Origin: Candidatus Magasanikiibacteriota bacterium
Lineage (GTDB): Bacteria > Patescibacteriota > Patescibacteriia > Magasanikbacterales > GWA2-37-8
Direction of reading: 5' to 3'
Length of the DNA: 24,711 bases
Assembly (NCBI GenBank): GCA_903858555.1
Contig: CAIOJG010000013.1
Location: forward strand, 1-24,711
This document shows positions 1 to 8,177 of this stretch, in pieces. Made by a program: the position numbers and the translations under genes. The number at the start of each line of letters is the position of its first letter. Positions within the stretch are counted from its first letter, which is position 1. The notes under the pieces are model-generated. The model did no database searches, was not told the origin of the DNA, and was given only the letters and a program-made list of their open reading frames with translations.

Positions 1-5
1 AATTT

Positions 6-764
6 ATGCCTAACTTTAGCGACTTACTACAAAATCTCAACTTAAACGTAAAACAAATAGCTATTTTCCTATGTTTGGTAAAACTGGGTAAAACTACCGC
101 CTCCAATATATCTGGTGACTCTGGCGTTACTCGCACCCATGTGTACGACTTAATATCTGAATTAATAGTAAAAGGATTAGTGAGCGAGATTGAAGAACGA
201 GGAGTTAAAATTTATGAGGCTGTAGACCATGCCGGACTGTTGGCATATATATCTAGACAACAAAAAGAGCTACAGCAAATTAATAAAAAAATAGAACAGA
301 TGGCGACAGAGTTCAACCAACTACAGCTTGGACAACAACAAAAAACTAAAGTGAGATTTTTTGAGGGGATTGAGGGAGTGAAAAATTTGTACGAAGAAAT
401 TCGCCGTGATTTGGCCAAACAATCTGAACCGTCAGAAGTGATAACAATTTTTTCACCGGAGAAATTAAATAATTTAATCCCCGGATTTACTTATCTAGAT
501 TTTCCGACAGTTTCGATTCGAGCAATTATTTGCAAAGATGAAATGGCGCAATCATACGTTGATCAAATGGATAAAACAAAAAACAAGGTCAATTATAAAT
601 TTTGGCCAAAAGAAAAAGGATTATTTCCTACAGATAATATTGCTTGGTTAAATAAAATTGTATATATTGATTTGTCTGGTTATCCTTCAGGGATTATTAT
701 TGAGAATGAATCTATCGTACAAACATTTACTTTGTCTTTTGACGTGATTTGGAAAGAATTATAA
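6..764 (+). CDS. TrmB-family transcriptional regulator (N-terminal wHTH + single C-terminal effector domain)
   Basis: N-terminal HTH pattern (IAIFLCLVKLG...ISGDSGVTRTHVYDLISELIVKGLV), coiled linker, FFEGIEGVK start of the effector domain and an F-x-x-x-F-x-x-x-W end. Confidence 0.85.
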   Translation: MPNFSDLLQNLNLNVKQIAIFLCLVKLGKTTASNISGDSGVTRTHVYDLISELIVKGLVSEIEERGVKIYEAVDHAGLLAYISRQQKELQQINKKIEQMATEFNQLQLGQQQKTKVRFFEGIEGVKNLYEEIRRDLAKQSEPSEVITIFSPEKLNNLIPGFTYLDFPTVSIRAIICKDEMAQSYVDQMDKTKNKVNYKFWPKEKGLFPTDNIAWLNKIVYIDLSGYPSGIIIENESIVQTFTLSFDVIWKEL

Positions 765-769
765 AAACA

Positions 770-801
770 AAAAAACACTCAATTAATCTTAAGTGTTTTT
801 T
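770..801. terminator. Probable bidirectional intrinsic terminator between the TrmB gene and the tRNA cluster
   Basis: Inverted repeat aaaaaacact (770-779) / agtgtttttt (792-801) between convergent transcripts. Confidence 0.6.
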
Positions 802-829
802 ATTGTTGGTTTACTACAACCACCTATTG

Positions 830-902
830 TCGGGGTGACAGGACTTGAACCTGCAGTCTTCTGGTCCCAAACCAGACGCCTTACCAATTAGGCCACACCC
901 CG
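830..902 (-). tRNA. tRNA-Pro(UGG)
   Basis: Minus strand folds to a cloverleaf: CGGGGTG/CACCCCG acceptor, anticodon loop TT-TGG-GA, T-loop TTCAAGT; CCA not encoded. Confidence 0.96.
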
Positions 903-918
903 TATAAATTTTTACCTG

Positions 919-990
919 TGCCTGGAGTGAGGATCGGACTCACGACGCAAGGCTCTTCAGGCCTTCGCTCTACCACTGAGCTACCCAGGC
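919..990 (-). tRNA. tRNA-Phe(GAA)
   Basis: Cloverleaf GCCTGGG/TCCAGGC, anticodon loop CT-GAA-GA, T-arm GTGAG-TCCGATC-CTCAC (C at 55); CCA not encoded. Confidence 0.94.
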
Positions 991-1014
991 ATTTCCCTCG
1001 CTTAAAAAACCTTG

Positions 1015-1087
1015 TGGACCAATAGGGATTCGAACCCTAGACCCCCGCGTTGCAAACGCGGTGCTCTACCAGCTGAGCTATTGGCCC
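1015..1087 (-). tRNA. tRNA-Ala(UGC)
   Basis: Cloverleaf GGGCCAA/TTGGTCC with the G3:U70 Ala identity pair, anticodon TGC, T-loop TTCGAAT. Confidence 0.97.
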
Positions 1088-1105
1088 TTAGTTTTGAACA
1101 GAAAT

Positions 1106-1134
1106 AATATACCACTAATTAACAAAATAGTCAA
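1106..1134 (-). promoter_or_regulatory. Sigma70-type promoter of the tRNA-Ala/Phe/Pro cluster
   Basis: Minus strand TTGACT (1134-1129), N17, TATATT (1111-1106) with a TGn extended -10, about 19 nt upstream of tRNA-Ala. Confidence 0.65.
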
Positions 1135-1168
1135 TGCGTGATATAATTAACAGCGTATAACTATTTTT

Positions 1169-1597
1169 ATGTACTATTCAATTTTTCCACCTCAACAAAT
1201 GACCTTTATCGGACAGATTTTATTAGCCGTTATTTTAGGTGCGGTTTTAGGGGTTCAGCGCGAACGCTGGGGTAAATCGGCTGGTCCACGCACCTATGCT
1301 TTGGTTTGCGCGGGAGCAGCTTTATTTACTATTTTATCCTTCAATTTCTTTGCTAATACCGCCATCGTAGCCGGTGCGGTAGTTAGTGGTATTGGTTTCC
1401 TTGGTGCCGGAACAATCCTGCACAAAGAAAATCGTATCGAAGGGCTCACCACTGCGGCCGGCCTTTGGATTGTATCCGCCGTCGGCATGGCTGTTGGACT
1501 ACAACAATATTTTCTCTCCATTGTTACTACTTTTATAATTTTAATTGTTTTGGTAGCCAATGATAAGTCTATTAAAAAAAATACTCCGGACAAATAA
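1169..1597 (+). CDS. MgtC/SapB family membrane protein (short form, no C-terminal domain)
   Basis: Family motifs G-x-Q-R-E...AG-x-RT, VSGIGFLGAG-x-I and GLTTAA-x-LW; hydrophobic helices. Confidence 0.92.
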   Translation: MYYSIFPPQQMTFIGQILLAVILGAVLGVQRERWGKSAGPRTYALVCAGAALFTILSFNFFANTAIVAGAVVSGIGFLGAGTILHKENRIEGLTTAAGLWIVSAVGMAVGLQQYFLSIVTTFIILIVLVANDKSIKKNTPDK

Positions 1598-1600
1598 GAA

Positions 1601-1721
1601 TAAAATAAAAAATAATCACATATAATTCCTTTAAGCGGATTTTGAGCCCGCTGGCGATACCCTGAGGCCTCGCGGCCGAGGAGAGCGAAAAGGTGATTAT
1701 GTGTGATTATTTTTTATTTTA
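1601..1721 (+). repeat. Dispersed structured repeat, copy 1 (long stem enclosing a conserved 56-nt GC-rich core)
   Basis: Arms 1601-1632 and 1689-1721 pair (two U-G pairs, one bulged U). Core 1633-1688 matches 12551-12606 at 51/56 positions. Confidence 0.9.
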
Positions 1722-1736
1722 TGAAAACTTATATAT

Positions 1737-2240
1737 TTATTTTTTTAAATAAATATTCCCTAACCAAAACAAAACAAATACTAGCAGCCAATCAATATGT
1801 AACTTCTTTAAAATAAATCCAATGTACAAAATTAAAATAAATGGATAACCTAAAATCACCAGTGGATTTTTAAACACACGACGATTAGCTAAAGCTAACA
1901 AGGCCTTATCATCTCCATCCGATGGAATCGCATGCAGACCGACCGCCACTCCAAAATACAACCATACCCAAGGACGCCAATCGTCTACAGTAAAATGAAA
2001 TTTTGCAAACGCAAACAATGTAAACAAAGTATTTACAATCAACGGCCCAATACTGATTAAAAAACCTTGAAAAAAATTATCTGGCTCCTCGTGTTCCACA
2101 TAGCCGGCCGTTTTTCCAAATTGAAATAGTTTTACTTTATAAACTCTCACCCCTGCGGTCAGACAAAAAAATGCGTGCCCAAGCTCGTGCATTGCCACTC
2201 CTGGAGCCGTCAATAAATCATAAATATAATATAGCCACAT
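1737..2240 (-). CDS. Membrane-associated HExxH zinc metalloprotease-like protein (M50-like/DUF3267-type)
   Basis: APG-x-x-x-HELGH motif, G-Y-V-x-H, ISIGPL, PS-x-x-D; several hydrophobic segments. Confidence 0.7.
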   Translation of the reverse strand: MWLYYIYDLLTAPGVAMHELGHAFFCLTAGVRVYKVKLFQFGKTAGYVEHEEPDNFFQGFLISIGPLIVNTLFTLFAFAKFHFTVDDWRPWVWLYFGVAVGLHAIPSDGDDKALLALANRRVFKNPLVILGYPFILILYIGFILKKLHIDWLLVFVLFWLGNIYLKK

Positions 2241-2241
2241 A

Positions 2242-3468
2242 CTAAATATAAATTACTGCTAGAATTATCCACCACAAAAAGCTTAGGTCATTTTTAAAAT
2301 ATGGCACATCTACCAAACCGTGCACCAGAAATACCACGAGCATCGAAAGCAATAAAGTGCCAAGAAGTTTTTCTTTTTTATAACTTAAATACGCCATCTT
2401 CACCGCCCACACATAACAACCCACAAACGCCAACATTGCGAGCAGCCCCGCTTCTGACCAAAAATTTAAAAAGATATTGTGTGGATAAATCAGCGGCTCA
2501 ATTTTTTTAAAGTCATTCACCGGTTTTTGGACCTTATCAAACCATTGTCTAAACCCGGCACCAGCAATAAAATTTTTAGGACTTTGAGTCAAATAATTCC
2601 AAGTGTACCCCCACAAAACCAAACGATTATTCCCAGAACGATTTTGCAAAGTCAGATTGTGACGCAATGGATATATGGCCAAGATTGCTATGATAAAAAC
2701 AGCGACTAAACCACCAACTACTTTTCTATATCCCAATAAAAATAAACCGACCAAACCAGCCACCGCCAAAGCCACCCAAGCACCTTCAGAAAAAGATAAT
2801 AATATTGCTATTAATGCTAATGCTAAAATCGCCGCGTAATATTTTTTTAAATTTTTATCTTTCAACCCATAAATCATCATCGGTACAATCGGCGCCAGAT
2901 ACAAACCAACTGCATTTGGACTAGTGAAAAATGAAGTAACCCGTCCATGCAAATCAATAATATCCTGTGGACGCAAAGTTGGCGAATAAAGATGTCCGGT
3001 TATTTTTTGGACAATGGCCAAGACAGAAATACTAACCGTCGACAAAGACAAAAACCAGATCAAATCATTTTTAGAAATATTTTTTCTTTGGCCAATCAGC
3101 ATCACAAAAAATAAAAACGGCTCCAAAAAGTAAGCCCGCCAAATTCCTAGAGATTTAACAATCTCACCAGACACCAAAATACCAACCGTAGAAAAAACCA
3201 AAAATGCCAATGCTAAATAACAAAAAGATCTCTGTTCTACAAAGAATTTTTTGATTTCCTCAAAATCTTTTTTTGAATATTTAAATACCCAAACCGCAAA
3301 GATGACACCAAAAGTCACTTCCAACAAACTACTTGGCAACGGACCTAAATTAAAACGAATAAAATAAGACGGCAGAAACAAAATTAAAATTTGTACTGCC
3401 GCCTTAAAATTCTTTTGAGCCAAAAATGCCAGAAGTGCCAAATAGATAACTATTTGTGCAAATAACAT
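2242..3468 (-). CDS. O-antigen ligase (Wzy_C/WaaL-like) family membrane glycosyltransferase
   Basis: Multi-pass membrane protein with R-V-x-S-x-F-x-S-PN, S-x-S-x-GAW, NRL-x-LW and YPHNIFL-x-x-W-x-E-x-G motifs. Confidence 0.85.
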   Translation of the reverse strand: MLFAQIVIYLALLAFLAQKNFKAAVQILILFLPSYFIRFNLGPLPSSLLEVTFGVIFAVWVFKYSKKDFEEIKKFFVEQRSFCYLALAFLVFSTVGILVSGEIVKSLGIWRAYFLEPFLFFVMLIGQRKNISKNDLIWFLSLSTVSISVLAIVQKITGHLYSPTLRPQDIIDLHGRVTSFFTSPNAVGLYLAPIVPMMIYGLKDKNLKKYYAAILALALIAILLSFSEGAWVALAVAGLVGLFLLGYRKVVGGLVAVFIIAILAIYPLRHNLTLQNRSGNNRLVLWGYTWNYLTQSPKNFIAGAGFRQWFDKVQKPVNDFKKIEPLIYPHNIFLNFWSEAGLLAMLAFVGCYVWAVKMAYLSYKKEKLLGTLLLSMLVVFLVHGLVDVPYFKNDLSFLWWIILAVIYI

Positions 3469-3476
3469 AATAAGAT

Positions 3477-4883
3477 TTAGTAGCGATAATGATCGGCTTT
3501 ATAAGGACCGTTTTCAGCAATGCCCAAATACGAAGCCTGCTCTTTAGTAAGTTTAGTAAGTTTTACGCCAATTTTTTCCAAGTGTAAGCGAGCCACTTCT
3601 TCATCCAATTCTTTTGGCAAGCGATATACACCCAAAGCAAATTTTTTGCTCCAGAGTTCCAATTGAGCCAAGGCTTGGTTAGTAAAGCTACTACTCATCA
3701 CAAAACTTGGATGACCGGTGGCACAACCCAAGTTCATGAGACGGCCTTCAGCCAACATGTAAATTTCTTTTTTATTACTCAATACATATTTATCCACTTG
3801 TGGTTTGATGTTGATTTTCTTTACACCCTTGGCATGGTTCAATTTTTCTACCTGAATTTCATTATCAAAGTGACCAATGTTACAAACAATCGCTTGGTCT
3901 TTCATTTTAAGCATGTGTTCTAGACGCACGATATCTTTGTTGCCAGTCGCGGTCACATAGATATCCGCTGTTCCCAAAGTTTCTTCAATAGTCTTTACTT
4001 CATAACCTTCCATCGCTGCCTGCAAGGCACAGATTGGATCAACTTCAGTCACTACCACACGGCAACCCTGTCCACGTAGCGCTTGAGCACAACCCTTGCC
4101 CACATCGCCATAGCCACAAACCACCGCAAGCTTTCCGCCAAGCATTACATCCATGGCGCGATTCAAACCATCTACGATGGAATGACGGCAACCGTAGACG
4201 TTATCAAATTTACTCTTGGTTACGGAGTCATTTACATTGATAGCTGGAAATAATAATTTTCCTTCTTTAAACAATTGATACAAACGATGTACACCGGTAG
4301 TAGTTTCTTCAGAAACACCTTTAATTTTTTTCGCCACGTTGGTCCAACGTTCTTTATTTTTTGGATATTCCAATTTCAAAAGTTTCATCATCTCGCGATA
4401 ATCTTCACCTTCTTTAGAATAATCTTTAGTCAAAAGTTTTGGATTTTTTTCTACTTCTGCTCCTTTGTGGATTAACATCGTAGCGTCACTACCATCATCC
4501 ACAATCAAATCCGGACCACTGCCATTTCCAAAATCCAAGGCGCGTTCAGTACACCACCAGTACTCTTCCAAAGTTTCACCCTTCCATGCAAACACCGGCA
4601 CACCAGCTTTGGCGATAGCGGCGGCGGCATGATCTTGAGTAGAAAAAATATTACATGATACCCAGCGCACTTTTGCACCAAGCTCTACCAAGGTCTCAAT
4701 CAAAACGGCGGTCTGAATAGTCATGTGTAAAGAACCCATGATTTTCGCACCTTTCAAAGGTTTTTTAGCGCCATATTTTTTACGAATAGACATCAAACCC
4801 GGCATTTCTTTTTCCGCGATTTCAATTTCCTTTCTACCCCATTCTGCCAAACTAATATCTTTTACTTTATAATCTTGTGTCAT
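3477..4883 (-). CDS. ahcY: Adenosylhomocysteinase (SAH hydrolase)
   Basis: [53 protein letters not shown]-binding [20 protein letters not shown]-terminus. Confidence 0.98.
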   Translation of the reverse strand: MTQDYKVKDISLAEWGRKEIEIAEKEMPGLMSIRKKYGAKKPLKGAKIMGSLHMTIQTAVLIETLVELGAKVRWVSCNIFSTQDHAAAAIAKAGVPVFAWKGETLEEYWWCTERALDFGNGSGPDLIVDDGSDATMLIHKGAEVEKNPKLLTKDYSKEGEDYREMMKLLKLEYPKNKERWTNVAKKIKGVSEETTTGVHRLYQLFKEGKLLFPAINVNDSVTKSKFDNVYGCRHSIVDGLNRAMDVMLGGKLAVVCGYGDVGKGCAQALRGQGCRVVVTEVDPICALQAAMEGYEVKTIEETLGTADIYVTATGNKDIVRLEHMLKMKDQAIVCNIGHFDNEIQVEKLNHAKGVKKINIKPQVDKYVLSNKKEIYMLAEGRLMNLGCATGHPSFVMSSSFTNQALAQLELWSKKFALGVYRLPKELDEEVARLHLEKIGVKLTKLTKEQASYLGIAENGPYKADHYRY

Positions 4884-4889
4884 AAAATA

Positions 4890-5840
4890 TTATTTAATTT
4901 CTAATTTTTCTTTAAAAGTTTTTTCATAACGTTCGCCAAACTCGGCCATTGTAAATTTGTGTTCCTGTGTGCCATAACTTTCAATCGCATAACTTGCGGC
5001 TACCGCACCAATCTGACCACAAACTTTTAAGCTCATGCCCTTTTCATAACCCACAAAAAAACCAGCACGATAAGCATCGCCGGCTCCAGTTGGATCATCA
5101 ATAGACAGAGGCGGACAAACTCCCACTTCCACCACTTCCCCATCGGCTGTTTTAATTACCGATCCTTTTTCACCCAAAGTGGTAATTAAAAATTTAGTGT
5201 TTTTCAAAATCTCTTCTTCACTCCAACCGGTTCGATTTTCCATTAATTTTATTTCGTAATCATTACCAATAACAAAATCCGACATACTAATCATTTGCTT
5301 CATTTCCACATCGGAAAAAGCCGTCATTTGTTGACCAGGATCAAAAATAGTTTTAATTCCCATTTCATGACATTCTTTGACGTGAGCCATCATTACTTCT
5401 TTATCAGTTGGTGAAACAATTGCCAAATCATATTTTTCTTTTACTACTTCTGCTAATTTTTTATTTTTTGCTAAACCAAGTGGACCACCAAAAAAAGCCG
5501 TGATCTGATTGTCATCCGCATCGGTAGTGATATGTGCAGCCGCTGTATTTTGTTTTTCATCCACCAAAATATAATCGGTTTTTACACCAACACTTTTAAA
5601 ATATTCTAAATAATCTCGTCCATCTTTACCAAGCACCGAAACCAACAAAGGTTCTCCAGTGAGCAACTTCATGTTGTACGCAATATTGCCCGCCGTACCA
5701 CCCCAACTACGTTCTAGTTTGTCTACCATAAAGCAGACATTGAGAATATGTAGTTGATCGGGCATAATATGATTTTTAAAACTGTCAGGAAAGTTCATGA
5801 TTTGATCATAAACCAATGACCCAGATACCAAAATTGCCAT
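4890..5840 (-). CDS. PfkB-family kinase, adenosine-kinase-like
   Basis: SGSLVYD start, GG-T-AGNIAY, DPGQQ, GNDYE, TLGEKGS, DPTGAGDAYRAG anion-hole motif; 6 nt upstream of ahcY. Confidence 0.85.
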   Translation of the reverse strand: MAILVSGSLVYDQIMNFPDSFKNHIMPDQLHILNVCFMVDKLERSWGGTAGNIAYNMKLLTGEPLLVSVLGKDGRDYLEYFKSVGVKTDYILVDEKQNTAAAHITTDADDNQITAFFGGPLGLAKNKKLAEVVKEKYDLAIVSPTDKEVMMAHVKECHEMGIKTIFDPGQQMTAFSDVEMKQMISMSDFVIGNDYEIKLMENRTGWSEEEILKNTKFLITTLGEKGSVIKTADGEVVEVGVCPPLSIDDPTGAGDAYRAGFFVGYEKGMSLKVCGQIGAVAASYAIESYGTQEHKFTMAEFGERYEKTFKEKLEIK

Positions 5841-5865
5841 ATTAAATAGTTAATATAATATGGCA

Positions 5866-5894
5866 ATACTACCAAATAAATTTAGTTTTGTCTA
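5866..5894 (-). promoter_or_regulatory. Candidate sigma70 promoter of the kinase-ahcY operon
   Basis: Minus strand TAGACA (5894-5889), N17, TAGTAT (5871-5866) with TGn. Confidence 0.5.
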
Positions 5895-5903
5895 CTCGCC
5901 AGC

Positions 5904-5932
5904 TTGTTAAAAATACTTAAAGAATATATACT
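5904..5932 (+). promoter_or_regulatory. Candidate promoter of the riboflavin kinase gene
   Basis: TTGTTA (5904-5909), N17, TATACT (5927-5932); the ATG follows 9 nt later. Confidence 0.45.
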
Positions 5933-5941
5933 TAATGACAT

Positions 5942-6301
5942 ATGAAAATTGACATAACCTACACTATTATTGGCACCGTTCTACCGGGGATGAAAAAAGG
6001 CACGGGACTCGGAGCTAGCACGGCCAATCTAGATATTGCTCTCGCCAAAGATCTACCTCCGGGTTTATACACCGCCGACGTCAAAATAGGACAAAAAGAA
6101 TTTGCCGGATTGCTATATTATGGGTATAATTCCCTTAGCAAAACCGACTGTCTAGAAGCCCACATCTTCAATTTTTCCGAAAATATCTACGGCCAAGAAA
6201 TAGAAATCATCACCAAACGTTTCTTGAGAGAACCGATAAAATTTAAAAACAGAGAAGAAATGATGGAGCAAATTAAAAAAGATGTTGAATTATCAAAATA
6301 A
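5942..6301 (+). CDS. Stand-alone riboflavin kinase (RibF C-terminal domain only)
   Basis: GTV-x-x-G-x-x-x-G-x-x-LG-x-STANL, PGLY, LEAHIFNF-x-x-x-IYG, FLRE-x-x-KF, QIKKD; no FAD synthetase domain. Confidence 0.85.
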   Translation: MKIDITYTIIGTVLPGMKKGTGLGASTANLDIALAKDLPPGLYTADVKIGQKEFAGLLYYGYNSLSKTDCLEAHIFNFSENIYGQEIEIITKRFLREPIKFKNREEMMEQIKKDVELSK

Positions 6302-6302
6302 T

Positions 6303-6722
6303 ATGCCTGAAACATTAGGATCAGAAGTAGAAGGAGCGGCAGATTTTAAAATGCCAGATGATGAGAGTGAAGAAGTTTTAGAAACTTCTGGGAAAATTAC
6401 AGATCTTTTGCCAAAATTGGCTGAGAAATTAAAATTGTTTGGGGCCACTGAAGACAGCCTCAAAAAAACACTAATTGGAAGAATAAGAAATAGCTACGAC
6501 GGAGGTGCTCCTAAAGTCGGAGACCCATTTTTAGACAGCGCTATCTTTAGAGATCTAAACATTGATGCCGAGTCTGGCAGAGTGACTTTTCATCTAGTAT
6601 ATCAATTTAGATACAAAGACAACAATCGAACTTGTGAATTAAATTTCATGAAAATTAACCATAATGGCCAAGAAGTAAGAACTCCTTTTTGGAGTGTACA
6701 TACTCCAATGAAAAAAACCTAA
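6303..6722 (+). CDS. Hypothetical protein
   Basis: Open frame directly after the riboflavin kinase stop; ATG at 6303 (MPETLG) preferred over the overlapping TTG at 6282. No family recognised. Confidence 0.65.
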   Translation: MPETLGSEVEGAADFKMPDDESEEVLETSGKITDLLPKLAEKLKLFGATEDSLKKTLIGRIRNSYDGGAPKVGDPFLDSAIFRDLNIDAESGRVTFHLVYQFRYKDNNRTCELNFMKINHNGQEVRTPFWSVHTPMKKT

Positions 6723-6743
6723 AGGTATCAGCGGCTTAAATAG

Positions 6744-6772
6744 TTGACAAAACCCCAAATAAATGGTAATAT
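6744..6772 (+). promoter_or_regulatory. Sigma70 promoter of rpsT
   Basis: TTGACA (6744-6749), N17, TAATAT (6767-6772) with TGn. Confidence 0.75.
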
Positions 6773-6811
6773 AGTCTCGCTCTCAATTTAATAATCAACT
6801 TTTAAAATACT

Positions 6812-7069
6812 ATGCCTAATAAGCAAAATGCTAAAAAAGCTTTGCGCCAAGCCATCAAACGCGCCGCTTTAAACAAAACCCGCAAAGAAGCTTACAAGAA
6901 AGCTACTAAAGCCACTTTGAAAACTACTGTTGCTGCCGAAGCTAAAAAATTGGCTACAGTCGCTCAACAAGCTTTGGACAAAGCAGTAAAGCACGGCACT
7001 ATCAAAAAGAACACTGCCGCTCGCAAATTGTCCCGCTTGATGAAAAAAGTAAACAAACTTGGCAAATAA
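6812..7069 (+). CDS. rpsT: 30S ribosomal protein S20
   Basis: MPNKQNAKKALRQ...LDKAVKHGTIKKNTAARKLSRL, typical bS20. Confidence 0.96.
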   Translation: MPNKQNAKKALRQAIKRAALNKTRKEAYKKATKATLKTTVAAEAKKLATVAQQALDKAVKHGTIKKNTAARKLSRLMKKVNKLGK

Positions 7070-7085
7070 TAACAAATTGATATAT

Positions 7086-7113
7086 AATAACCTCGTAATT
7101 ACGAGGTTATTTT
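7086..7113 (+). terminator. rpsT terminator
   Basis: aataacctcgt-aatt-acgaggttatt perfect 11-bp stem followed by T residues. Confidence 0.75.
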
Positions 7114-7126
7114 AATAATAAAATAT

Positions 7127-8176
7127 ATGGTATTTGATAGCATGGGTAGAGGTAGAGGAAATTTTCCACCAAATGGAGACCTTGGCGAAACTCAAAAAGT
7201 CGGACGAGAAGTATCTATTGAAACTATGTCCGGCGTATTATTACACCATCAAATTGACCGTGCTTTAAAGAGCTACGTTTTTGATCAGGGGTTGGTCAAC
7301 CACGATTCTCAACCAACCGAAATTGATCATGCGGTCGCCTCTTTAGATGAGGCAACAAGAAAAGAGATTGAGGCAAAGACTAAAGCGGATTATGAAAACA
7401 TTTTTGCTCAAATGTCTGCTTGCCAGTATGATTTACGATCCGGTCAAGAAACTCACCCACTCACAAAATTGGCTAATAAAAAAATGACTGCCAGAATTTT
7501 TGATATTTTAAAAACTCATCCTGATTTTATAAAAGGCAATGTCGGTGCTGCAATGGTGCGTATGGACCTAGATGGTTTTAAAGCCACCAATGATAAACTT
7601 GGTCACGACGCTGGTGACCAAGCCCTAAAAACTGTCGCTCAAAAATTGAATGACGCTTTAAAACACTTAAGACCGGCTGATTTAGCCGCCCACTATCATG
7701 GTGATGAATTTGCTATTATTCTTACCAGCATTAAACCAAATGAAGGCGAAACAATCGAACAAACTGTAGAGCATATCGTCCAAAGAATTATTCAAGAGAT
7801 TGAAATGATTGATATTCCAAATGGAAAAAAACTTTCTGCTAGTGCTGGCTATAAAATAATTAGACCAGGAATATCCGATGATTTTCCAAGTGCGGATAAT
7901 GATACCGACCTCGCATCCGGTATTTCAAAAAATTTCAAATATGTTTCTGGAATTGAAAAAGGTAGTCAACGTGTGGTAAACTGTGAAAAAACTGAAGAAG
8001 AATTTTTGAAAGAAAAAGGCATTACACCGGAACAATTGCTGGAAAGTAAAATTCGCTCTCAATTAACTCGTCCTTTTGACGAACTTTTCCCAAACGGCAT
8101 TCCGACCGAAGTTCAGACATCCATCGATCAAACTGTGACGACAGCTCTAGCCGCCAAAAAATCTGAAGCTAAATAA
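7127..8176 (+). CDS. GGDEF-domain protein with a variant HGDEF signature
   Basis: MDLDGFK-x-x-ND-x-x-GH-x-x-GD, RPAD-x5-HGDEF and a later SASAG segment. Confidence 0.88.
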   Translation: MVFDSMGRGRGNFPPNGDLGETQKVGREVSIETMSGVLLHHQIDRALKSYVFDQGLVNHDSQPTEIDHAVASLDEATRKEIEAKTKADYENIFAQMSACQYDLRSGQETHPLTKLANKKMTARIFDILKTHPDFIKGNVGAAMVRMDLDGFKATNDKLGHDAGDQALKTVAQKLNDALKHLRPADLAAHYHGDEFAIILTSIKPNEGETIEQTVEHIVQRIIQEIEMIDIPNGKKLSASAGYKIIRPGISDDFPSADNDTDLASGISKNFKYVSGIEKGSQRVVNCEKTEEEFLKEKGITPEQLLESKIRSQLTRPFDELFPNGIPTEVQTSIDQTVTTALAAKKSEAK

Positions 8177-8177
8177 A

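Noticed and set aside
1601-1721. Repeat as an integron attC site
   Set aside because: No RYYYAAC/GTTRRRY ends; conservation is in the centre rather than the ends; the bulged base is not shared between copies; no integrase in the window.
5841-5941. SAH/SAM riboswitch before the ahcY operon, or a frameshifted FAD synthetase before the riboflavin kinase
   Set aside because: The 100-nt gap is AT-rich and occupied by two divergent promoters; there is no riboswitch-like structure and no room for a domain.
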